Shown: in pieces, positions 39,284 through 51,714 of the stretch | Layout of the letters: every line of letters starts with the position of its first letter | Numbering within the stretch: position 1 is the first letter of the stretch | NCBI GenBank assembly: GCA_951406725.2 | Contig: OX597827.1 | Location: forward strand, 64,666,001-64,730,000 | DNA: 64,000 nt | From: Octopus vulgaris | Taxonomy: Eukaryota | Direction of reading: 5' to 3' | Made by a program: the position numbers and the translations under genes | Notes under the pieces: generated by a model | What the model saw: the letters and a program-made list of their open reading frames with translations, nothing else | Told to the model about the DNA's origin: nothing | Database searches by the model: none

Positions 39284-39560
39284 ACTTCCTTCGTATTTAC
39301 CTCTTTGCTTTTATGCATGAATATATAACAATTTCTTTACCCAAACACACACACACACTCACACACAAACGCATACACGCATACATACGCACATACATCC
39401 ATAATTTTTTTTATTATTAAAGAATAAACTGTTTTCAGAAATTATTGACTCTTTAAACACTCCTCGAGGTTGTTAAACTCATTATGTAATTAGTTTTCAT
39501 TTCATAGAAATAATAGTATATAAATATACGCGTGCGTGTGTGTGTGTATATGTGTGTGAG

Positions 39561-39645
39561 AGGAGGCGCAATAGACTAGTGTTTAGAGCAGCGGACTCGC
39601 TGTCATAGGATCGCGGTTTCGATTCCCAGACCTGGCGTTGTGAGT
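39561..39645 (+). mobile_element. SINE family C head only
   Basis: GGAGGCGCAATAG..GGTTTCGATTCCCAGACC. Confidence 0.7.
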
Positions 39646-40030
39646 GTTTAATATCAGGTGGAAATTACTGGAAACTTGTAAACCCTATCGCAATGGAACA
39701 AGACTGTATAAATTGTGTATGGTAGAAATATATATTATCCTCATGAACTCACATGAGCCAGGAGGTTACCTGAACACCAGGACGGAAGTCGATGTGAGTT
39801 TTCCGCATTTTCGGAAATTTCTGCTTCAAGATTGGAAAACCTAGCTACCAAGCGAAGGAAGACAACTCGCCCAGCCATAATTTTTTAAGAGGAATATTTC
39901 CTTGAACTATCACCAGCCTTCTTCTGTAAAAAAAAAACATTCTTTGCAGTGTGTTATCGTTTAGAAAAACTGAAGAAATGTCTAGTCCACGCTAGATATG
40001 AAACTAATGTTTCTTTTCTAAACTATTACG
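39645..40030 (+). pseudogene. Penelope-like element 3' end: GIY-YIG C-terminus plus hammerhead-like motif (39961-40021)
   Basis: IRWKLLETCKPYRNGTRLYKLCMVEIYII..YLNTRTEV...PHFRKFLL resembles the Neptune-type PLE C-terminus; downstream CTGAAGA-A-ATGTCTAG-TCCACG-CTAGATAT-GAAA-CTAATG-TT. Confidence 0.75.
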
Positions 40031-40038
40031 TTAAACAT

Positions 40039-40105
<67 letters not shown>

Positions 40106-40166
40106 ACATACATACATACATAAATATATATGTATACACACACACAAACACACACACATATATATA

Positions 40167-40445
40167 TATTGTTGTATTTGGGGATGATCATGTTGCCAGT
40201 TTAGTCAATAAGACACACGCACCATGTATTTGGTATTAATCTGACAAAATGGCTGTTCGGTAATAACGAAAGACACACAAATAAGAAAGGAGAAAGCAAA
40301 GGACCACTGATGAGGTCACAGAAGTGTGATGAAAAAACTCTGGCCGAAATACGATTAATCTAAATAATAGAGTAAAGCTGAAGCAAATGAAGCGTGTGTT
40401 TTATTGACTAAACTGGCAACATGACCATCCCGAAATGCAACAATA
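40167..40445. mobile_element. MITE-like fold-back with 54-bp arms enclosing a hammerhead-like motif (40302-40345)
   Basis: Arms 40167-40220 and 40392-40445; GACCA-CTGATGA-G-GTCAC-AGAAGT-GTGAT-GAAA-AAAC-TC-TGGCC. Confidence 0.7.
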
Positions 40446-40457
40446 TATGTTTCAACA

Positions 40458-40677
40458 CACGAGGGTATATTGAAAGGTTCATGGGTTTGGGTAGAAGAAA
40501 TTATTGGCGGGTCAGTTAATTATGATTTTATTCAACACATTCCTTTCTCAGATTCGCAAACTTATTGCCGCGGACGTTCAGCTTTTCTTAGCCCTGTGAA
40601 AGAACTCGGAAGGTTGAACTTTCAACAGTCCTCTCGTGATTCCCTTAAAGAGAAGAACTTTTCAACCCATCCTCGTA
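40458..40677 (-). mobile_element. Mariner-derived MITE (family G)
   Basis: CACGAGGG...CCTCGTA termini; homologous to the copies at 8365 and 61253. Confidence 0.75.
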
Positions 40678-40768
40678 TGTATGTATGTATGTATGTATGT
40701 ATGTATGTATGTATGTATGTATGTATGTATGTATGTATGTATTATGTATGTATGCATGTATGTATGTA

Positions 40769-40834
<66 letters not shown>

Positions 40835-40894
40835 AGTATATATGTGGGTATATGCGTGTCTGCATATGTGTCTGTATGCTTGTATATCTATCTA

Positions 40895-41037
<143 letters not shown>

Positions 41038-41624
41038 ACTATCTATCTGTCTGCCTATGGATGTGCATGTGTGCATATTTCTGCGTAAAAAATCTACCAA
41101 CAAGTCTTATTGTTCGTGCATGTTTTTCTACCTATTTTTCTGGTGTATGGGTGAAAGACACTCATACACATACACACACATACACACGTGCACACTGGTA
41201 CACACGTACACGTACACACACATCTCTAACCGTTTGTATCTCTCACGCATAAAAAGAAATAGACAGAAACGCATTCATATCCACTAGAAAAGGTGTACGC
41301 GTGCACACATATCTTCGCAACCACATTAGATTAATGATATGATATATGTATAAAAATAGCGCTTCTATAGCGGAACGTATCAGGGAAAATTATTATTTTT
41401 TGCTCTTCATAATAATGATATATAAAGCTGAATTGACTGTCAGATATAATGGATATATGAAATATCACGGAGAATTCTTGTGGGTGTTGCTGTTGTTGTT
41501 GTCCCTTCAGCTGCCGTTGTTTAGTTCAAACAGCCTATTCTCAAACGTATTCCAGCTAATCCAGTCTTAAACGTAATCCATTTTCCCCTATGTGTATCGA
41601 ATCCAGGTCTAAGCTATTCAACGT

Positions 41625-41870
41625 TTAGAAATAAATTTGACTGTAATTTAGAGCACACGGACGCTCCCTTGTTGGTACACAATGTCGGTATCTGAAATAA
41701 TGGTAGTAGCCTGGAGATGCGAAATGATGGTGTTTGTGGTTGGTTAAATCGATGAATTCCCATTGGGGGAGTATTGGTCGAAAGAAACTGTGTTGTTTTG
41801 GGTAACTGAAACTTTTGGTTCCAGAAAAATTTAGTTTTGGTATCCCGAATAACAGATTGTGCATTGCGTT
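41625..41870 (-). other. Possible host exon (unique sequence, unidentified)
   Basis: Minus-strand acceptor-like TTTTGACCTAG then two frames open for about 80 codons; no recognisable domain. Confidence 0.15.
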
Positions 41871-41934
41871 CTAGGTCAAAACATATACTCTATTTAAAAA
41901 AAAAAGAATACCCTCCCCACCAAAAAACTAGAGA

Positions 41935-41989
<55 letters not shown>

Positions 41990-42195
41990 TAAGGTTAGCT
42001 AAAATATATTTGTGAAATATTTCAGCTTCTAACATTCTCTCTTATAGTGAAGTGCGTAAAATATAAACATGTCTGAGTCAGTGGTTCTTTCCATCGGGTT
42101 TCCGGACGCTGCGTATCTGGTTCTTTAATATTTCTTTCTTCTTTTTACCTAAGATATCTGGCTGCTCAAAGAAAAAACTTCACATGTAACTAATA

Positions 42196-42450
42196 GCGAC
42201 AAAATTATGCATCGTGACTTTATCAAGTACCTGCAGAAAAAAGGTATAACCCCCACCCCCACGCAAGGTTATTCACGCTAATGTGCTTGCTACGTTAGAG
42301 GATGACGCTCCTGCTTTGTCAAACGTAAATACGTGTGCGGCTGAATTCAGGAGGAAAAGGGAGAGCCTTGAAAATGATCCAAGGTCTGGACGTCTTGCGA
42401 CTATCCCCATCGAGGACAACATTGATCGTGTCCACAAGGTACTGAAAAAC
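42196..42450 (+). pseudogene. Mariner transposase N-terminal HTH relic (irritans-like)
   Basis: DKIMHRDFIKYLQKKG..TLEDDAPALSNVNTCAAEFRRKRESLENDPRSGRLATIPIEDNIDRVHKVL. Confidence 0.85.
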
Positions 42451-42656
42451 AACATTCACCGAGTAAAAACACGAAAGGAAGGAGAAGACACTCATATTGT
42501 CTAATAATACAGGAATTTCAGAACGCCCAATCTCAAAGGAGTTAGCGATAACCCCCCCCTCCCGCAAAATAAACAGACAGGAAGGGAATTATAGAGTGGC
42601 AAAACAATAGTAAAAAACAAACAAAACAAAAACAGCCAATACCATCAGAAACAGCC

Positions 42657-42895
42657 AATACCTATTTCTTTACTACCTACAAGGGGCTACACAAAGAGAG
42701 GACAAACAAGGAAAGACAAACGGATTAAGTCGATTATATCGACCCCAGTGTGTAACTGGTACTTATTTAATCGACCCCGGAAGGATGAAAGGCAAAGTCG
42801 ACCTCGGCGGAATTTGAACTCAGAACGTAGCGACAGACGAAATACTGCTAAGCATTTTGCCCGGCGTGCTAACGTTTCTGCCAGCTTGTCGCCTT
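42657..42895 (-). mobile_element. SINE family A, monomer
   Basis: Reverse-complement match to 431-665. Confidence 0.9.
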
Positions 42896-43513
42896 GCAGT
42901 CAATACTATCAGAAACAGCCAAATAAAATCGAAAGCATCAGTACTTCCATTCCCACCACATCTCCGTAGCTAGCGCGCTTCGTGCTTTGATCTTGACATT
43001 GTTTAGTCAGCGATATATATTCAGGTAAAACGTTAAAAGCTGCTGTATTAGATTTACTACTAAAAGAGAGGTTTGCTTAAGATCTCTTATAATAATAGCA
43101 AGAAATTTAGTTCTAATAAGCTCGTAACCTCGTAAATTTTAAAGTTACTTGAAACTATATATATTTGAATCAAACACTTTTGCTAATAATAATCATTTGA
43201 TATTTTCCCTGATTATTGTCAGTGTCGTCTTCTGTGAATGGGTTATGTACACTTACGTATACATACTTATCTCTCTTCTCTGTCTCCCTGCCTGCCTGTT
43301 TGTCTGTCAGTCAGTCAGTCTGTCTGTCTTTCTCTCTATATATTTACACACACACACACATACATATAGACATATGTATATATAGATAGATATATAGACA
43401 CACAAGCATAGGTACATATCTATCAATATATATACATATATATATACATATTCATTCATGTATGTATGTATCTATCTATCTATCACTCTGTCTATCAATC
43501 AACCAATCAGTCA

Positions 43514-43568
<55 letters not shown>

Positions 43569-43589
43569 CATCCATCCATCCATCCATCC

Positions 43590-43666
<77 letters not shown>

Positions 43667-43671
43667 CCTAC

Positions 43672-43725
<54 letters not shown>

Positions 43726-43901
43726 GTCTATCTTTCCATCTATCCATCTATCCATTTGTCTGTCTCTCTCTCTCTCTGTCTGGCGATGTATCTAATATAT
43801 ATAATGTCTCCAGACAACTTTGTTTAATAACATATATCTGAAGGTAGTAAATCTTATTTACACACGCACACAAACGCACAAGTATCCACACAGGCAAACT
43901 T

Positions 43902-43939
<38 letters not shown>

Positions 43940-44865
43940 TGAAATACACGCATACATAAAGATGTGTTTACGTCTGTGAGCGTGTGTATTTAAATGAGCA
44001 AGTAGGCAAATAGGTTAGCCAGAAGGTCAGTTCAACTCTCAAGTATAACAATACGTTTAGGGCTTTAGACTTTTAGATTTTAGAATTTATTAAGATTTTC
44101 GACATTGTGTGTGACAATCAAACTTCAACTCCAAACCTCCGAATAAAAGAAGACAGCACCATTATCGATTACCAATGTAGATTGAAGTCATGCCAAGGAG
44201 CATATAAATTCCGATTGGCATTCCAGTTAATTCTGTCAATTTTTGAAACGTTGCACGAACGCTATTATTGTTAGTTAACAATCAATTCTCTGATTGTGCG
44301 TATGTTGTGTTTAAGGCATTCTCGTGTTTCTGACTTGTGACTTGTGACTATGGCTGTTAATGTATTATATAAAACGCGTTTGCTTTATGACGAAATATAA
44401 ATCGATGCTATTAAGTTATATGTATATATATACGTAGGTAGTTTGGTAGATGGTAGGTTGAGAATATTTATCGATTTTTTTTCCTTTTTACAACTGAACA
44501 TTTTTTTTTTTTTAATTTGTCGTATATTCAACTTTGTATTTTTCGTCTTTCGTTGTTAGTTATAAGTATTGACATTTGGAGATGTTTTCTTCTAACTTTT
44601 AGTTTAGAAAGTAGGACACGAAACAGTACCATTTTTATACATGCCGTGCAATTTTTTCTTTGTCGAATAATTGTCATTGTTTTGTTACATTATATCCTAT
44701 TCGCTTAGTCTCAGTTAACCCTTGTGCAGCCTAAGATCAAAGACGTCCTTTTTGTACGTCACAGAAAAATTGTTCGGTTGCCTACAGCCATTTTAAAAGA
44801 AGGAAATGAGTTATTCGGTGGGGGTGGGGAGATTTTATTGCTATTTCTAGCAAATATAGTAAATA

Positions 44866-45336
44866 TATATTTCTTTACTGCCCACAAGGGGCTAAACATA
44901 GAGGGGACAAACAAGGACAGACAAATGGATTAAGTCGATTACATTGATCTCAGAGGGAAACTGGTACTTTATTTATCGACCCCAAAAGGATGAAAGGTAA
45001 AGTCGACCTCGGCGGAATTTGAACTCAGAACGTAACGACAGACGAAATACCTATTTCTTTATTGCCCACAAGGGGCCAAATATAGAGGGGACAAACAAGG
45101 ATTACATCGACTCCAGACGAAATACCTATTTCTTTATTGCCCACAAGGGGCCAAACATAGAGGGGACAAACAAGGATTACATCGACTCCAGAGCGAAACT
45201 GGTACTTAATTTATCGACCCCGACAGGATGAAAGGTAACGTCGACCTCGGCGGAATTTGAACTCAGAACGTAACGACAGACGAAATACTGCTAAGCATTT
45301 TGCCCGGCGCGCTAACGTTTCTGCCAGCTCGCCGCC
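44866..45336 (-). mobile_element. SINE family A multimer with an internal sub-duplication
   Basis: GACGAAATACCTATTTCTTTATTGCCCACAAGGGG occurs at about 45041 and 45116. Confidence 0.85.
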
Positions 45337-45449
45337 GTACATAGAGTAAGTATATTCAGATATCCCGATGACTCGTAGAAAAACAGATATATCAACCTGG
45401 CAACGAAGGACTGGCTCATGTAATGACTGAAGACAGCCTTAAATTTTTT

Positions 45450-45590
45450 GTTTCAAAATTTGGCAAAAGGCCAAGAATTTCGGGGGAGGTGAGTAAGTCG
45501 ATTACATCGACCCCAATACTCAATTGGTACTTATTTTATCGACCCCGAAAAGGATGAAAGGCAAAGTCGACTTCGACGGAATTTGAAGGT
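45450..45590 (-). mobile_element. SINE family A 3' fragment
   Basis: Reverse-complement match. Confidence 0.7.
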
Positions 45591-45609
45591 AGAACATTTC
45601 AGTTTAAGC

Positions 45610-45788
45610 AGTTCTATATTTAAGGGATGAGGAATTATGTACATTATTTACATTATTTACATTTGACGGATATTTGTCCACATCTTGTTTGTTGTTAACA
45701 CAACGTTTCGGCTGATATACCCTCCAGCCTTCATCAGGAAATTGGGGAAATTTCGAACCTAGGTTCTCATTCCTAAGGTATTTTTTGA

Positions 45789-45840
<52 letters not shown>
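45610..45840 (-). mobile_element. Family H 3' half with intact hammerhead core (45697-45742)
   Basis: Minus strand CTGATGA-A-GGCTG-GAGGGTATAT-CAGCC-GAAA-CG-TT-GTGTT; the 5' strand of stem I is mutated. Confidence 0.8.
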
Positions 45841-45843
<3 letters not shown>

Positions 45844-45850
45844 ATGCCCA

Positions 45851-45939
45851 CGGGCTTATGACATAGTCGTTAAGAGATCGGGCTACTAACCCCAAGGTTC
45901 CGGGTTCGATTCCAGAGTGTGAATAATAATAATAATAAC

Positions 45940-45988
<49 letters not shown>

Positions 45989-46131
45989 TCATCGAAAAAT
46001 ACCTTAGGAATGAGAACCCAGGTTCGAAATTTCCCCGGACACCTGATGAACTCTGGAGGGTATATCAACCGATACGTTGTCTTAACAGTAAACAAGATGA
46101 GGACAAATATCCGTCAAATGTAAATAATGTA
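45851..46131 (+). mobile_element. tRNA-headed SINE family H
   Basis: Same head (GGCTACTAACCCCAAG, GGTTCGATTCC), AAT linker and hammerhead region (46038-46082, degenerate) as 19110-19410. Confidence 0.8.
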
Positions 46132-46313
46132 TTTCAGTTTATGTATATATATATATATATTAATATGTCATTGTGTTTGTCCCCCACCAATACTTGACAG
46201 CTTCTCTTGTTTTGTTTATGACCTCGTAACTTAGTGGATCGTCAAAAGTGTCTGATAAAATAAGTACCAGGTACTGTCGTCGATTTGTTATAATATAATT
46301 TAATACTTCTCCC

Positions 46314-46530
46314 AAGGAGTTGAGCTGGCAGAATCTTTAGCACGCCAGGGGAAATGCATAGCAGTGTTTCGTCTGTCCTTATGGTCTGAGTTCAAATTAC
46401 GCCGAGGTCGACTTTGCCTTTCATCCATTTGGGGTCGATAAATTAAGTACCAGTTGTGTACCGTGGTCGATGAAATCGACTGGCCCTTTCCCTCAAAATT
46501 TCAGGCCTTGTACCTAGAGTAGAAAAGAAT
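46314..46530 (+). mobile_element. SINE family A
   Basis: Full head and body match. Confidence 0.85.
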
Positions 46531-46782
46531 AATGAAAGGAGGCTATAGGTAAAAAAATGGTTGAAAATACCAGATCTAAGTAATATCGTAGAACACCATA
46601 TTTAGATAATGCCATTTCTTACACAATTCATTTAATGACCTAAATTTAAAATTTAAGGCTTTATTTGAAAGACAAGGAAGATAAGTGGTATCAAAATTAA
46701 TTTTAGAGTAACGTGTGAGTTCTTGAGCTTAAAATTTCCGTCGGTTAAAGACAATAGTTTTGTTAGTGGATCGTAAATATAT

Positions 46783-47190
46783 AGCGCAGGAGTGGCTTTG
46801 TGGTAAGTAGCTTGCTTACCAACCACATGGTTCCGGGTTCAGTCCCACTGCGTGGAATCTTGAGCAGGTGTCTTCTGCTATAGCCCCGGGCCGACCAATG
46901 CCTTGTGAGTGGATTTGGTAGACGGAAACTGAAAGAAGCCTATCGTATATATGTATGTATATATATATATATATGCATGTGTGTGTTTGTGTGTCATTGC
47001 TTGACAACCGATGCTAGTGTGTTTACGTCGCCGTCACTTAGCGGTTCGGCAAAAGAAACCGATAGAATAAGTACTGGGCTTACAAAGAATAAGTCCCGGG
47101 GTCGATTTGCTCGACTAAAGGCGGTGCATGGCCGCAGTCAAATGACTGAAACAAGTAAAACAAATAAAACAAGTAAAAGAGTAAAAGAGT
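46783..47190 (+). mobile_element. SINE family B, full length
   Basis: Matches 10152-10556. Confidence 0.9.
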
Positions 47191-47763
47191 ATATATGAAA
47201 TAAAGATGAATTTAGTTGGGATAAATACATTTTTGGCAATGTAAAGTAACGAAAATCCTCGAGATCGGAGAAACTTTAGTTATGTGATTATTATTAAAAT
47301 GGGTAATAAATGAAATAAGAAAATATTAAAGAATCAAATATTAATGATTATTATTGAATGAAAATTAATGAAGGAACGTATGTAGCTTAATAATAATATG
47401 AAGAGGACATTTCATACCGTTAATGACAGGGTCGGAGAAGGCGAAATAATCATATAGAAGTGAATGTTGATATCAAAGGGAAATTAAAGACTGAAGTTAA
47501 TAAGCGAATTAGAAAAAAAAATGAGAATTACGCACGCTCGTGCAGTAAAATCGTTTTGGGAAGGTATATGTTAAACATGAATAGATTGCACACACTAATA
47601 AAAGAGCTCATAAAGGGGGAATAATATATACAGCAAAAGAGCGTTGTAATATATGAATGGGATTGAAATCCATTCGGAAATATTAGATGCAAAAAATATA
47701 CAGAAATATACAGAGGCGTTCAAATGTTTCTACATACCTACATTCATATATACATTATACATA

Positions 47764-47822
<59 letters not shown>

Positions 47823-47854
47823 CGGAACTATGACTTAATTTTTCCTCTCATACC

Positions 47855-47906
47855 GTCTCCGATGAAGGGATATTATTAATTAATATCCTAGAAACAGCTG
47901 TAAGAC
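47855..47906 (+). ncRNA. Hammerhead-like motif, U4C core
   Basis: GTCT-CCGATGA-A-GGGATATT-ATTAATT-AATATCCT-A-GAAA-CAGCTG-TA-AGAC; homologue at 57457-57508. Confidence 0.7.
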
Positions 47907-48007
47907 CTATCTATAAATGCTCTAATAACTATACAGCCTTGGTTTTTAATCTTATTACGCAAAAATTCTTATATACACACTCTGACATAGAACCAACGCT
48001 GAACCAT

Positions 48008-49430
48008 ATGTATGTCATTGGTTAGTTTTATTTCAAGATTTCTGGCCAATAGAGAAAGAGCCGGTTTCTAACCTAGATCCAAGGCTCTCTCATTAGATTC
48101 AACAACAAGGTATTTTTGTATGTAAGTATATATTATGTATTGTGTAGGTATGTATGTGTGTATGTATATATGCAGATTTGTATGTTTTGTTTTATATATG
48201 TATTCTCATGCATATAGCTGCATATCTAGACATACTAATATATATATATATATATTTTTACAGATTTCTACAGTTTCCCTGATGGATTGGATCTGTAGTC
48301 TTCGAATCAGCTTTCTCCTTTCTGGTTTTAAAAAATCTAATTACTCAGGATTGGTATTTAAGCAGTGTTTTACATATCCCAGGGCCTCAATAATCACAGG
48401 TATAAACCTGAACTTGTAATCTGGTTAGAGTAACTGAGGATTTCTCAATAGTTCAGCGTAGATATTCTCTTTTTCAGTTATCTTCATTATATCAGGTCTG
48501 TTGTGCTTACATGTTATTGAGGTCTTCACTTGGATATTCCACCAGTACTTCTTTTTATAATGAGTGATTATGTTTTCTACCATATTGTAGCTTCTAATGT
48601 CTTTATCTTTTGGGTTATCCTTCCAACGGATTTCATTATAGAGAATCTTAGCTACAATATCTTGTCTCATCCGTAGATAATATCGTGATGGCATTTTCGG
48701 ACAACCGTAACTGCATATGATACGGGTGATATCTTCGGTGTTAATTCCACAAAGTCTGCATCAGCTGTGACATTTTTCTGGTTTTCCTACATCTCTATCC
48801 CTTTCGTGCATCAGGTACTTGGTTGATATTTCTTGTTCCTGGATTGCAAACGCATGCCCTTCAAAGTCGAAAGTAGTAATCCGGCTATTGGTCCATGTTA
48901 GATTGCTTTGATGATCAATGTTACTATTATCACGGAGCTTTCTACCACCATATCAATGCATTGTATTCTGCTCATATAGATCCATCCTTTAATCTGATGA
49001 TACGTTGTGTTAGAGTCGCTCAACTTCTTTGGGTATGTATTCTAGTTTATCAGACAAGGAATGTGGCTCAAGGAGCTGCCTGCCAACTCTTATGATGTTA
49101 TCATACGCAAAGTCAGACAAGGGATGCACTTGGACGCCTGGCAGTTAAAAGATGTTGCCGAAGGGATATGATACGATATTCAAAGACATTTTGGATCGAT
49201 GTTAAGCCTCTGCCGCCTTGTTTTCATGTTAGGTAGAGGCGGAAATTTTGAGGAAATTTTGTGTGCTTGTTAGTATTTTGCGGGTTTTCACATCAATGAT
49301 TCGGATCTCATCAAGCGTCCAATAAAGCAGTCCAAATGTAGCATTCCTCGTCAGATATAGGCAAACAATCAAATCATTGATGGAGCTGTTACTAGTCTGG
49401 TTTGTAATTCTCCCCCTTTTCACAACCATG
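48008..49430 (-). pseudogene. Dong/R4-clade LINE 3' portion (post-RT, CCHC, REL endonuclease, 3' UTR)
   Basis: FGLLYWTLDEIRIIDVKTRKILT; FEGHAFAIQEQEISTKYL; CRLCGINTEDIT..GCPKMPSRYYLRMRQDIVAK; CKHNRPDI; contains stops and deletions. Confidence 0.9.
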
Positions 49431-49490
49431 TAACAATATTTATCCTAACCAAGCTCCAACCCTACATCCTTCGAGAATGTCGTAACTATC

Positions 49491-49760
49491 TATGTATGAC
49501 ATTGCTCAGTTTTATTTCAAGATTTGTTGCTAATAGAGAAAGAGCCGGTTTGTAACCTAGATCCAAGTCTCCTTCATTGGAGTTTTTACATCAACAACAG
49601 GGTATTTTTGAATGTATGTATGTATGTATACGCACGGATTTGTATGTTTTGTTTTATGTATGTCTTCTCATGCATATAGTTGCATATCTAGACATGCTCA
49701 TATATACTTAAATGATAAACTTCTGGAAAGTTTTACAGATTTTTACAGTTCCTGTAACGG
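49491..49760 (-). mobile_element. Second copy of the same LINE 3' UTR
   Basis: Homologous to 48008-48285. Confidence 0.8.
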
Positions 49761-50238
49761 AATTGCATGTATGTATGTATATATGTTTTTATGCATGCCT
49801 GTATATATGAATGTATGTATGTGTGTGTCTGTGTGTCTGTGTGTCTGTGTATGTAAGATAAAGCGAAATATGAACGGCAGTTACAAAGTGTCAAACGAAT
49901 TTATAACAGTAACATCTTTATACAGAGAAGAAATAAGTTACAGAAATTTAGCAAGAAACCAAAAAGATCCAGAGGGTGAGTGTTCATAGTGATTCAACGT
50001 AGACGGGTACACTTCAAGATGAAGTAGAAAATAATTTGAGAGGTCTTTATTATTCATTGTACTAAAGTTGCTGCGTAGAATCTATGGCGGTGGTGGTGGG
50101 TCACTGGTGAATCTCGTAAGTGTTGGATAGGAAGGTGCTGTTAATGCATTACAGCTGTTTCTGGGATAGGTGCTTATTAGAGTGGCACAACTGAACATTT
50201 TGTCTATATATGTAAACACAAGATAGATTCGTGTAATA

Positions 50239-50804
50239 TTGGGTTGTCCGGAAAGTTCGTGCCGATGTTTAAAGGAAAGAAAAAGATCAATAAATACTTG
50301 CCATTACATTTTTAATCAACCAAATATGAACCATTTTGTTGCTCAATGCATCTCCATCTTTCCTTTAACTTGAAAATGCCCTCTTCACAGAATTGAGGTG
50401 GTTTCATGGCAAAGAATTCATCAAGGTATCTTTTTACGTCATCCAAGGAATAGAAATTTTTACCATTAAGACTATTCTGCAGAAACCTGAATAAGTGGAA
50501 ACCCGAAGTAGCAATATCTGGTGAATATGGAGGGTGGGGTTACACATCCTAGCCGAGCTGCAGCAATTTTTGTCTGGTTCCCAAAGCATCAAGTGCCTAA
50601 AATGAACTTTCTTATTTTCCATTTTAAAGGGTTACAGAATTAACACAGGTTATAGGAACATAAATCTTCTTCCACGAAAAGATAGCTTAAACTGTGCTCT
50701 AAATGCAGGTGTAGTCAAATACTATTTTATGGACTCAGCCATGTTCTAAAATAAGTCGAAAAGTAAGCTACTATAAATCGGCACGAACTTTCCGGTTAAC
50801 CCAA
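50239..50804 (-). mobile_element. Internally deleted mariner (mellifera-subfamily-like) with TIRs and TA TSD
   Basis: TIRs TTGGGTTGTCCGGAAAGTTCGTGCCGAT / ATCGGCACGAACTTTCCGGTTAACCCAA; N-terminus MENKKVHFRHLML joined to C-terminus PHPPYSPDIATSGFHLFRFLQNSLNGK..KLKERWRCIEQQNGSYL. Confidence 0.93.
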
Positions 50805-51439
50805 TATATTGCAAATGAAGGTGCTAAGTAAATGTCGTATGTGATCCAATTGTAGCTTATAGCAAAGAGTCTAAAACCATCTTTAGATAACAAGGCATTT
50901 TTATCCCTTTTATCACGAGAGAATATATTTTCCACGGTGAACTGCAGTAAAATAACTCTCAGAAGTTAAAGTAAATAACTCAAACACATTTGAACTAACA
51001 AAAGCTTGTTTACGTCCCAAAACTGCTCAGTGTTGCAATTAGTATGTTTGTTTTGAGCGGGCGGTCTTTGAGCGCATGCGCGTTATTAATATTTTAATCT
51101 GTTCAGGGTTATCTCTCTTCTGTATCTCCTACATAGGATGTGTAAGGAACCAGTAACTCATCTAGGGGTTTGATAAATACTGACACTTAGGAGATAAGGT
51201 GTTTTTACACCTTTTATCATAACAGAGAATTTTGTTCTCCACAGTAAAATGCAGTGAAATTGGCTTTAGAAGCTAAAATGTATCACAAAACAAATTTGAA
51301 CTGATCTTAAATTTGTTTACTCTTCAACACTACTTAGCGTCACTACTACAATATTTGTTGAGAAATTACGATAAGCAGTAGTTTATATCATCTGTTCCTC
51401 ACATACGTATCAATACTGTGGCTGTCTGGAACCACTGCA

Positions 51440-51575
51440 CTGGATGTTTCAAGTGCAGGAGGATGCTTAACCACAACGGATCATCAGCGGGTTTCATCTC
51501 ATTTTATAAAACAATTTAAATTTTCCCCTGATGATCCGTTGTGGGGAATCATCCAACTGCATTTGGAACATCCAG
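51440..51575. repeat. Imperfect inverted repeat, arms of about 51 bp (old MITE?)
   Basis: CTGGATGTTTCAAGTGCAG..CCACAACGGATCATCAG versus CTGATGATCCGTTGTGG..CTGCATTTGGAACATCCAG. Confidence 0.75.
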
Positions 51576-51714
51576 CTTCCGTTTATAATAACTTCACCTA
51601 CATCTCCTTTGTATATCATAACCAGAAATATTACTAATCACAGTAGTAAACTAAGAACAATACTAGAAACAGAGTGGATAATGACGGTCTACATGGAGCT
51701 CTAAATTCAACTGT

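Noticed and set aside
50145-50185. Half-hammerhead GAAACAGCTGTA on the minus strand (similar at 8770, 14829, 16165)
   Set aside because: The CUGANGA half and stem II are missing
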